Positions 26,804 through 39,837 of a stretch of 64,000 bases of DNA are shown one piece after another; position 1 is the first letter of the stretch; the number at the start of each line of letters is the position of its first letter. The notes beneath the pieces were generated by a model that worked only from the letters and a program-made list of their open reading frames with translations, did no database searches and was not told the DNA's origin. The position numbers and the translations under genes were made by a program. The stretch comes from the human T2T-CHM13v2.0 reference genome, Homo sapiens: NCBI RefSeq assembly GCF_009914755.1, contig NC_060938.1. One strand, 5' to 3'.

Positions 26804-29800
26804 TGAAGCATTTTAAAACTTCTAGGCTGTATATTTTAAGTTTCTAAAGTAGACATGTAGACTTTTGTCTTATGGGATGGACAAAACCCAAATAACACTG
26901 CCCGAGTACGCATCTCTTAGAGACAGCCATGAATCTGATTGGCTTTTCTTAGAAGCTGTTGAAAGCATCTAGAGGTGATCTTTTGATGCTTGACTTGGGA
27001 AGCAAAGAATTGGTCTTTGGTTTTTGCTTCTGAAGATTTTTTTTCTCTTTTCTATTAAAACAGCTTTAAGTCTACAGCAGGTCTCCAATCGGTGTTTAGA
27101 CTATTAGTAAATTATCAGTTCAAATGCATCTAGCCTGTTTGTCTTCCTGTTTCTAAATTGGAAGTGAGAAGCTGCTAATTAACTAAACTTTAGCATATCT
27201 GAACACTTCAAAAATATAATGTGTAATATATATGCTGGTGCCCTTTGAAATCTAAGTTTTGAAGATATTTTAGCTGTGCTGAATTAAAAGAATACTCAAG
27301 TTTATTTTATAAGTTATTTTAGTATATCATACAATATTTTGGTTTCATATTAAACGCAAAGGCACCTGTGAGACCTGATACAGAATGTGACAAAAATCAG
27401 AGATTAGCATAGTCACTTTGTGAAGACATTTTTCTGTTCAAAAGGAACCAAAATATGCACTATCTGAAGCCTAAGGATGTTGACAAATAACAAAATGAAG
27501 CATTTGGAAAGATTCAGAAGGAAGAAGCTGGGAGCAGATTGCTTAGAATTTTACTCATTGCCTTATAAAATTGATAACATACTTAGGTACTACTAAACTT
27601 GAAGGGTTTTATTTTGGTTTTTTAATTGGTCTGTAGACCACTGGCCCTTTCTATGCAGACTACGTACATTATTAGAAAAGTTGGGCAGGAGTTACCTGGC
27701 TGAAGTGTGGATTAATGCAGTAGAGTGCTTTACGTAATGCATACTGCTTAAAGCACAGGTGTTTCTTTTGTTGGTTGAATACTGTCTGATTTTCCTTCCT
27801 ATGTAATTTACCTGCATGGAGATTAAGAAAGCCCCCTTTTATTAAATAAGCTTGAAAACTAGATGAATGCACTTAGGTTCTTGGGTAGAATGTATTGGAT
27901 AGCTAGCTCCCTTTATGATGAGCATTTAAAAATCTGCTCTCCAAAAACTGGGAAATGCATTCTCTGCTGTATGGAAAGCAATATAGTACTGAAATATTCC
28001 TCCTTAATTTTGGTCTGAACAAACAAAAGTGTCTGTGTTTATTCTTGCCTAATGCATCACAAATCTGCTGACATGCTAACCTTGGAGTCTTGGCTGGCGT
28101 TAATCAGGCCTGTGCACCGGCAGGAAAGATGTACCTAATGCACTCCATCAGTGCAGTTTGCATATGGAAGTTCTCACAGGGGAGCTGCCCTGTGCCAGCT
28201 GAGGGTTACCTGCCCACTGCAGTTATTGTATGTAATTATCGAACCAATCTGTTCAGCCCAGCAGGGTTTAGACGGTAATCATGAAGCAACACTGGAAAAG
28301 AAAGATGTAAGGCATTCTCCCCTTTTCTCATCAGTTATATGAAGTTATAGCCACTCTTACAGCTATTTTTGAGAGGCAATACCCCCATATACAAATCTGC
28401 TAAATGAATGCCTTTGAAAGTTTCTCAAGGTTCAGTCAAGTTGTTATTTTTGTATGTGTGAAGCATTTTCTTTAGGAACATGGTGGGTATCTCTGAGTTC
28501 TAATTTTCCACAGCCACCTTAAGAATGTTTTGAAACAGTGGGATTAATTGTAATACATAGATAATAACAGTTCTGACCGTTTGGAGGTTTTAAGGTAATG
28601 TGCCTTGAATAGAGTTCAGCTTTCCCATGTAGTTCTCTTTGGAACAGAACCCATGGTTGCCATTAGGAAAAGGAACAATGTGCTGTCAGCAGGCATTATC
28701 CTCTTTTCTAGCTGTACACAAAATGGCCTGCAGCAAGGAACATTCTCAGATGAAGTTTAACTTATTGTTAATTGTTAGAAAATATAAATGAGGACATTCT
28801 GTTGCATTGTGAACCTGTGAGATTTGGGGCATGTCGGATGGTTTTCTAAATGATACAGACTTATTTTAGGCAACCAAGAGAAGCTTTGGATTAAAATTTG
28901 TATTTTAACCTGCTTAAATTTGAAACTACAGAAGATAAAGTTATATAAAAAAATTCAAAGTTTTATATTTATTCCTAATGCCCGTCTATAATTTTACCTA
29001 TGTATAGAGATGTTAGAGAATTTAGAAACTTAACGCAGGATTGGACCTGTTAGAAAATGTTGTAGTGGTAGAAACACATAAAATGAAATTGAAGGAACAT
29101 TTGGGAAGAATGGATGGTGACAGAATATAAGCACTGACTCCTAAATAACACTTCACTAGAAAAATAGGACAGGCCCAAGAGAATGTAGGAAATCCAGACG
29201 ATTTTTGAGATTTTCGGAGAGCTTTGTACTTTTAAGACTATTCATGTACAGTAAGGTTTATGGCCCTCTTAAACTTTTAATAAAAAGTATGCTAAAAGAG
29301 AAACATTTATTACAAGTTTTTCATTATTGATTCATAAATAGAATTCTACCACCAATGTTATGTGGTACAAACACTGATTTAATAAATGGGGCAAGACATA
29401 CATTTTTTCCATTTATCAAATAGATTATCCTCTCCACCCCACCCATGTTGTACAATGTGGAGAGTATCATTGGCCTGAGTGGTGATCGTGAGTTTGTAAA
29501 ACATTTTGTTTTAAAAGAGTTTCTGTATGATTAGTCCTGATGGTTAAACCATAGCTTTGAATAATGAAGTATATAAAGCATGAAAAGTTAGAGGTGGATA
29601 TAACAAATATATCTACCATCTGGGTTAACTGTCTAGTTGAAAGTTCTTGTACTCCCCCTTTCTTCCATCCCTCATCCATTCCTTTAGGTAACTACTATCC
29701 TGAAGTTGAGAATATTCTTCCTGTGTGTTTTGACACACCCACACCTATATACATTTATACACACACACAGACAAATATGTGATGAGTTTGTAGTTTACTT

Positions 29801-29844
29801 GACTGTCAGATATCTCTCTCTCTCTCTTTAATTTTATATGTAAG

Positions 29845-29935
29845 AAGCGAAAGAAAGAAATTGAAGAAAGCAAGGAACCTGGTGTTGAAGATACGGAATG
29901 GTCAAACACACAGACAGAGGAGGCCATACAGACCC
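29845..29935 (+). CDS. VRK1: VRK1 exon 12 (91 nt; KRKKEIEESKEPGVEDTEWSNTQTEEAIQT), includes most of the NLS
   Basis: (TC)n tract then tatgtaAG acceptor, C|GTAAGT donor; completes KKRKK across the exon 11/12 junction. Confidence 0.96.
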
Positions 29936-30199
29936 GTAAGTTGAACAGTTTTGCCTAGCTGCTTTCATAGGTAAACACAAATTTCATTTCCTCCCATTAG
30001 ATGAGGGGTCAACTATTTGGGTCATGACCTTTTGATTTTATAATAAAATACCACAAGATTTTTATATAGTATGTATTGTGTCTTTTGTACACAGGTTAGA
30101 TTATTTTCTCTCCACAATAATTATAAAGTTGAGACTGGGAAGCTTCCTTCATTTTGCAGATTTGGAACCCGAGACACTGAATGATTAAATGGCAGAGCT

Positions 30200-30330
30200 G
30201 CCAGGCGTGGTGACTGATGTGTGCCTGTAGTCTCAGCTACTCAGGAGGCTGAGGCAGGAGGATCACTTGAGCCCAGGAGTTTGAGTCCAGTCTGGGCAAC
30301 ATAGAAACCCCATCTCTAAAATAAATAAAA
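30200..30330 (+). mobile_element. Alu monomer (FLAM) inserted in a MIR
   Basis: Single Alu arm with A-rich tail; degenerate TSD taaatggcagagct / taaatgactgagct. Confidence 0.85.
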
Positions 30331-31315
30331 TAAATGACTGAGCTGTTGTGAAAGGGTTAGTGATAGAGACCAGAACTCTTAACTGTCAGGCCAATGTCTT
30401 TCCACTTCCTCACACTGATCCCACATAACTCTGGGTATGATAGTGAGTGTCAGGGGTCAGACATGGGTCTGTTGCAGCTGAGCTGCCTGATTGTTCCTTA
30501 TAAAGTTTGTCAACCTCTTCTTTTTTTTGAACAAGTTAAGAGGAAAGGAATTAAAGCTTTATGGATGATCACTTTTCAAAGTTCTTGAAGCAAAAAAAAA
30601 AAAAACACAAAAAAACAAAAAAAACAAGGTATGAAGTCATTTTTCTGAGATGGCTTATAAACTGGCACTGAAGGCACTTCCAATAGTTCCAGAAATGACA
30701 TTAGCAAAGGCAGCATCTGCAAAGGGCAGAGCTAGGTTGGACTTTGGTCTGATATGTTTAATAAACTGCCAGCCAATGTGTTCCAGGATTCATGTGATAT
30801 GATGATGTACTTGACTCAATAAAGAGAGCTATTCAGTGTGGCCCACAATACATTTTTTTAAAAAGATTTTTCCTGTCTGCCTTTTTTTTTTTTTGAATTA
30901 TTATTTTGTTTGTCCTGAAATATTTCTTGGTTGCTAACAGAAAAGGCTTATTTTTGGTTAAAAAAAAATTTTACAGCATAGGTGCCATATTGAGTAATGC
31001 CACCAATTTATTTTACCTTCCTTTTGCTAGTGACATTAGTGCATGTTTGTGGAAAGCACAGTATTCAACTTTCAAAGAGAATCATTTTTGCCCTGATTTT
31101 ATTACTATGTTCTTCATTACATATTATGGTTAGAACATCCTTTGGTTTAATCTGTTTTAACCCAAAGAATACTTGAGATACCTGAAGAGGGAATATATAA
31201 CTTCACACTGAAGGCGAGAGGTTTTGAAGTAGTCCCTCTCTTTTTCCCGCTGCTGTCTTCCTTTCGCTACTGTCTTTTTTCCTCCTTTCCCCTGTCTTGT
31301 TCATTTTGTTATTAG

Positions 31316-31387
31316 GAAGTGAGGAGTCCCAAGGAGCAATACATCGAAGCATGTCTCAGCCAGAGGCTAGCAGCAGCAGCTATGACA
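31316..31387 (+). CDS. VRK1: Candidate alternative in-frame VRK1 cassette exon between exons 12 and 13 (72 nt; RSEESQGAIHRSMSQPEASSSSYD)
   Basis: 81-nt AG-free pyrimidine tract then attAG; A|GTGAGT donor; phase 1-1, 24 codons, no stop; resembles SVESQGAIHGSMSQPAAGCSSSD of the long mouse Vrk1 isoform as I recall it. Confidence 0.8.
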
Positions 31388-33411
31388 GTGAGTGGGAACA
31401 AAATTAAGGAGTATTTATAAATATACAGCAATATTCTTAAAAAACAATCCCTTAAATTTTAAAACTGGCAATTTTAGTTTCAGAAAGATCCTGCATTGTT
31501 CTAGTGAGATTGACACTCATTAAGTCTAAGGCAGAGTCTCAGCTGCGCATCAGGAAGACTCATCCCTTTCTTGACTGCCTGGACATCATTTGTTACCTGA
31601 ACTTTGCTTAATGAGCATCAAGCGTTTTTGTTTTGATAGATAAATGCCTTTAAATTCTAGTATAATTATGAATTTTTTTTTAACCTAAGTTTTTAGTTTA
31701 AGGTCTTCTACTGATGCTTTTTCCCATGAGAAAATATATCAGTATTTTTGTTATTTTATTAATGACAAAAGAGTATAGTAAAGTCATAAATAATTTAAGG
31801 AGAACAATTCAGTTTTTTTGACCTAACTTTTTCAGAAGATAAAGAATAGTCAGATTCACCCTTATTCATATAAACTCAAAATTGCCGTTCTTAAAATGCT
31901 GTTTATTTCCCCCATTACAGTTCACTTTTTTCCCCTAAAGTACAATGCGAGTTAAGGTATTTTACTATCAAAATAATCATAAGTGAGAGAAATATTATCT
32001 GATGGTAAAATATTATTGCTTCCAGCAAAAAGAAAAAGCCAAGAGTTCATGTAAATGTATATTTTTAAATTTATCAGTTTAAAAGTTACTTGAAGGAAAA
32101 GACACATTATTACATTTGTTTTTTTAATTTTTAAGATATATAGTACAATTCAGTGAACACTGTGTTTTAGGGCTTTAAGATTTTGTGTCATAAACGTGTT
32201 TCAAGAATGGTTACCTCTAACAGCAGCTTTAGAAATGTCAGTTTCTTCATTAACAATTTTATTTTCAAACACAATTTATGATTTACAGTATGGTAAGAGA
32301 TTTTTCGCACTGTGTGATCTTTCAGAATGCTGTGCCTAGCAAAATGGGAGCAACTTTCCTTTAATATCTATTTAGACCATTTTAAAAATGTGTATAATTT
32401 TCTAGATACACCTAAACTCATTTTGAATAGTTGGGGGTCTATTGTGTAAGAACACATTCTGAAAGCTTTCAAAATGTGTATTGTGTAGGTTTTCTCAAAT
32501 AAATAGAGGAGGTGATGGGATGGTTTTCAAGAAGAACAGAGGCCTCTAATCCTTTTATTTTTATGCAAGGCATAATTTTTACCAGTTGAGAAAATTTGGT
32601 TACTGGCTGCAAGTAATTTTTCCCCTCACAAAATGAGGAGCCTTTAAAAATCATGCATATTTTGGCATTTCAAAATCATGCCAGTATTTCAGAATTGTGC
32701 TAAAAATTAGCTAATATAGCCATGATATTTATGGCTGGTGTACTTTCCCCCCTCCTGTTCATAAAATGGAGGCTACTTTTGTTGGTATTATTTTTAAGAA
32801 CCTTGGATTTTGGACCATTCCTGAGGAATCTTTGGAGAAAGCATGACTAGTCAAAAAGTAGATATTTTTAAGGGAACCCTACAAAGAAATTTCCTACTTT
32901 TTTTTTCCTACTGCATTATAAAATCATAGAAAAGCATCCCAAACTTGTATGTTATTTTCCAAATATCAAATTATATACATTAGTCTTCTGATTGGACCCT
33001 TTGCCAGTAGTGTATATTATGAAAATGGTTATATATTTAATTAAAGAGATAAGAAGGTAGTTTTTTTTGTAACAATCAGAATTGATTATTAGGGAAAATA
33101 TTGAATTGATTTATGCAGCAAAGTCAACAAGGTGCGTAGGACTGATTATATAATAAATTCCAGGCAGTAGTAGCCCTTTTAGTTGCAGTGAGAAACTTTG
33201 GATTGAAGGAGATGAGCAGCAGTGATATTTAATTTCAGAGTAAAATGGCAAATTAAGACATTAATGAGAATAATGCTATTTGAATATAACTTTATAGTTG
33301 TTAATTTAGTGTTCTTTGTAGTGTGGTTAAAGATTTAAAATGTGTTGAAAGGGAGATATAGTATTGATTATTGACCTTGATTTTGTAATACCCTTTATGC
33401 CAGTCTCACTA

Positions 33412-33771
<360 letters not shown>

Positions 33772-34993
33772 AAATTTCTTGAAATAAAAACCTAAAAATC
33801 TACTGTGGGATATTTTTAATAGATGGCCGTGTTACAGAAATTTAAGAAAAAAACTCAAATTTTAGAATCAATCATAGTACAGTATATAGGGTATGTATTA
33901 TGAGTGGCAGAAAAAAGGATATTCATATAAGCTTGAAATTTGCTTTCATTGAACTGTATGATTGAATAGAAACTATAACTTGGAAAAATTAAAAATGCTA
34001 GTTTTGAAACTGACCTTCATGTTAAGTAACTAAAACCCATGATCAGAAAACCTTTAGATACACATGGTAGAATTTTGTTCCACATTCAAAGAATGTTTCG
34101 TACTTTTCAGAAAAGAAGTATTGATCTTTTGTTTTTTTTCGTGCAGTCATTGATTAATTATGAGCACCATGCTGTCCCTGACTCTGGTGCCCCTGCTCTT
34201 TCCTGGCAGAGCGTAGCATGCGGCAGTGGGAAAGAAATGGCCCTGCTTCTTTCACCAGCACTAGGCAGCCGTGATCAGGCTAACTGCTGTACCCAGAGGT
34301 GGAGTAGGAGTAGTAGGTGGGGTGAAATGTCTTGGTGAGGCAGAATTCCCATGCCCCCAGCAGAGAGTCATTGATTTATTCCAAACCAGAATAGTTAGAT
34401 AGGTACTGTCATAAAGGACTTAGACCAGTATCACATATGATCCTTTTCCAGGAGGCTACTCATTTGGGACCTGTATAATTCCTAGCGGAAAAGACTTTCC
34501 ATTTCAGTATATCCCAGTGCTCTCCTGCCTCAAGGGTGTAGCTAATAGTCTTTAAAAAGCAACTTATTGCTTTGCTTTTCATAACATGTGTGACCTCATC
34601 GCTTCCACCTAAGGAGTGAATGCTTATCTATATTGCTAAGGTTTATATTTGGAGATAATGTTTTAAATTTTACAACAAATTTAAATTTTGGAGAGAAATA
34701 TTTCAGTATTAGTAAAAATTAGATACGTTTTATCAGTCAGTATTTTTATATGGCTTAAGAGAAGGTAGGTTTTGTCAGCATATTTTTTGACATATTAAAA
34801 AATGACCCAATTTTCTAAGATTTTCAGAGTATTAGCAATCATACCTTTGTATGTCAGTTTTATCTTTGCAAATCACGAGAGTCGATTTGATTTTAAAATG
34901 TTAATAACTATATTTAGGGATATTTATATTTCTGTTCTTTTGCTTTTGTAAATTATTGACTAGTGATTTCAGTTTCTTTGATTTTTCTTCAAG

Positions 34994-35025
34994 GTTCAAG
35001 AACCAGAAAGAGAGTCCAGAAGTAA
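34994..35025 (+). CDS. VRK1: VRK1 exon 13 coding part ((R)SRTRKRVQK-stop)
   Basis: ttttcttcaAG acceptor; C+GT = Arg387; TAA at 35023-35025 gives the 396-aa VRK1 C-terminus. Confidence 0.97.
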
Positions 35026-35425
35026 TTCAGATGCTGTGAACCAGATTTCCTTTTCTTTGTTTTCTTTTGACTTTTTTCTCCTTTTCTATTTGAACTGTTT
35101 TATTTTCCTGTGAGTCTTGCGAGGTGGAAGTAATGATTAAATACTCATGTGTTCAGAAAACATAAACTTTTTTTATAAAAATATTTTGTACAATTCATTA
35201 AAGGCTAATTTATGAAATTTGAAAATCTTCAGGTTATACTCCTTAAGTTATCCCAAAGCCGTGTGTTTGTGATGTTTTGGAGTACATATATATGAAAATT
35301 ATTATGACACGCACTTTTCTAATCATTGTACATTTCTCAGAGTGGATAAAAATGTTTGACAAAGTCCTCACTTTTAAGGAAATGCAAAGCTTAAAATAAA
35401 ACTCTCTTTTGTTTGATGCAAACAC
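35026..35425 (+). other. VRK1: VRK1 3' UTR (end approximate)
   Basis: Lies between the stop codon and AATAAA; U-rich tract at 35046-35106; GU-rich sequence follows at ~35430-35470. Confidence 0.8.
35395..35400 (+). terminator. Main polyadenylation signal AATAAA of VRK1
   Basis: AATAAA with upstream TGTA and a downstream GT/T-rich element (tgttgtggctgtaaggtttggtttgt). Weaker ATTAAA hexamers at 35136 and 35197. Confidence 0.85.
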
Positions 35426-36859
35426 ACAGTATGTTGTGGCTGTAAGGTTTGGTTTGTATTGATTTTGTTCTGTTCCCAAAATCTTTTATTAAACACCTGC
35501 TGTATGAGACAGGAGGTACAAAGACAGGAAAGGAATATGAAATAAAAAGTGGAGGAAGCGTATCCATGAGAGAGAAAATCTACATATATGAAAGATTACA
35601 TAAGAATTATGTCAGTATGCAAGCCGTATGACAAGAAAACAAGTGACAGATGATCAAATGGTGGTGTGATTAAAGATTGTGTAAAGACTGGCTTCATCTA
35701 CGGAAGTCCTATGAACTAGATATTAATAGATAGAGCCTATTGTTCATTCACAGAAGTTTATTTTTCTTAAAAGTTTCACTTTCATAGCATGTAATATTTA
35801 TACAGTAAACCAAGCACTTCAGAGTTTCAGTGATCAGAAAGTTTAAGATCTGAAATGTTTTTAGTTGCCTTGGGAACAGAAGCTTGTAATTTTAACACAT
35901 TTATGAACAATTTCATGATTCATTCCTCAGAGTTTTCTTGGTCAGAGAAATTGGTATTGGACTATATTTTCTGATGGATGGCATGCCTTACCACTTAATA
36001 ACATGCACAGTGTGTTTAGAAGGTATATGGACATAGTTTCACTTAAATATTTAAGTATATTAATGTGTATTCAGAATACAGCTAGCACATTAAACTGGTG
36101 ATTTGTCTACTACTTAGGACAAGCCTAAAGTAGGTATTTCAATTTTTAAAAGCAAGTCGATTTGAGGGAAAAAATAAGTAAATGTACAGGTGGGATATGG
36201 ACATACCAGAAATTGTGAAGGTTGGACCAAATTTGAGAAACTATGAACCAATACAAAGACTATAACTTTTGGCTCTCTTATGTGGATATTTAGTTGTCAT
36301 GTGAAGCATTTATCACTGAAATGGTTAGATACTGAAAAATGCAAAACATCTACAGACTTTCCTTTGAAGATTAACCTTTTAATGCCTCCTGAAGTTCTAG
36401 AGCAATGTATCTTTACAGATTAGAAAATTTGACTTTGGGCAGAGGCTCCTCCTGCTTTCTGTAGAATGTTACGTTTTAGTACTCATCAGTGTTAATCCCC
36501 CAAGTTTATTTGTAACACCTAAATCAACTCTCAAGTTCCATTTTAAACACATTAATGCTTAAAATAGAGTAAACTGTGTGTGGTATGTTTTTCTGTATAT
36601 GCTGTAGCCTCCTTATTTTTCAAAACATAAAACATGGAAAACTTGGTTAAATATTAAGAAAACAAATATTTCCTCACATTATTGTCTTAAATAAGTGCTG
36701 GCATTTTCTTGAATGTTCCTATATTGGCAGGGCTAGAGAAATTAATGAAAAACTACTAGCCATTGTAGCCAGTTTGATTCATCAGCTACATCCCTTGTTC
36801 GGCTATTTTATTCCCTACCTTGTATTGTTTTATTCTACTCCCCTTTTAAGAAATGGTTA

Positions 36860-38315
<1,456 letters not shown>

Positions 38316-39532
38316 GATACAAGTAAGTAGTCTAAAATACAGGTAACTTTTTAACATTAAAAAAAAATGGTTAAGCAACCTCGTCATTCAGAGTTATTTT
38401 TTTTTCTTGTCCTTTTCAGTTCTATGTTTAGTATTTTTATCTTGCATTGTTTTTATTTTCTTTCCAATCCCTGAATGGAGTGGATTTGCCATTTTTTGTT
38501 CTTTCACAATCCAGCTTCCATATTTTAACATGTTCTTCGTTCCATTTTCTCTTGCCTTCTCTGCCATTTTCCTTAGGTCCTTATTTAGCTGAGGTTTTCT
38601 AGTCTGTTGAGGATCAACAGCACTGCCAGGCTCTTGTCCTTCACACAACAGGATGTGTATGTGCTCTACATTTTCTAGAAAGCAACTGATAAGTCTTTGG
38701 TAACTAAGCCCCGAAGTAAAATGGCTTCTAGGTGTTCTTCAATAGTGATCTAAGACAGATGAAACACTAATAAGCCAGTTATAAAACCCTGATTATTGCT
38801 TTGAATTAATAAATTAAGTGTGCATATAAAGACCCAAGTTGTGTAGCAATAAAGTAGTGGTGGAAATATAAACAATTTATTTGTATTTGTGTGGGGAGAT
38901 ACATATGTTCACAGTTGAACATTATATGTTTGTTAATTCTTTAAAATTCTGTTTTAATGCTCTATATTCTTTGGATTATAAGAGTGTATTAATAATACAT
39001 GGCCATTTTATATAATTTAGAACATACAGAAAAGTGTCAACGGACAAACCAGCGATAATACTACCCTACCACCCACAGGCAACCACTATTAATGTTTTGA
39101 CACATTTTCTTCAGTCATTTCTATGCATTTTTATTTTTAAATAGTTATGCTTCGTATACAGCTTTATATTCTTCTTTTTAAAGTTAACATTAAATACTTT
39201 TTATGTTATTATGAATACTTCATGAATATAACTTCTATGTTTTCTTAACTTTTTTAAATGAATTTGTGATACTTTCATGACCATTTTCGTATTATTGGGC
39301 ATTTAAGTTGCTTTCAGTATTGGGATATTATAAACAATATTTTTGAACAAAATTGGGCAGAAATCTTCATTGACATATGAATATTCTTAGATTTTCAAAA
39401 GGGAGCCACTGGGTCAAAGACTATGAAATGAAAAGTTGTGGATCCTTATCAAATTGCTTTGCAAAAATCTATCAGTTAACACTTTGCCCAGTAGATCCGA
39501 GTGCCCAACCTACATTTTTGTCATCCTCGAGG

Positions 39533-39837
39533 GTTATAGACTGAAAGTTTGTGTCCCCTGCATTGTTCCTGTGTTTAAGCCTAACCCCTAAGATGATGGT
39601 CTTTGGAGGTGGACCTTTGAGAGGTGATTAGGTCATGAGGGTGAAGCCTTCATGATTAATGGGATTAATGCCTTCATAAGAGACAGGAGAGAGATGATGT
39701 CTGTCTCTGTCATGTGACCGTCTGCAAACTGGGAAGATGGGCCTGGCCAGGAATAGAATCTGCCAGAACTTCTATTTCTCAGCCTCCAGAACTGTGGGAA
39801 ATAAATGTTTGCTATTTAAGCCATCCAGACTAACACA
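39533..39837 (+). mobile_element. MLT1A-like MaLR solo LTR inside old L1 sequence
   Basis: gactgaaagtttgtgtccc...gattaggtcatgagggtg...ctccagaactgtg..aaataaatg..gactaacaca. Confidence 0.8.

Noticed and set aside
26710-26890. Palindrome cluster read as a CRISPR-like array, tRNA or snoRNA
   Set aside because: The hairpins are unrelated in sequence, there is no repeat-spacer periodicity, no cloverleaf or convincing box motifs, and the context is a mammalian intron.
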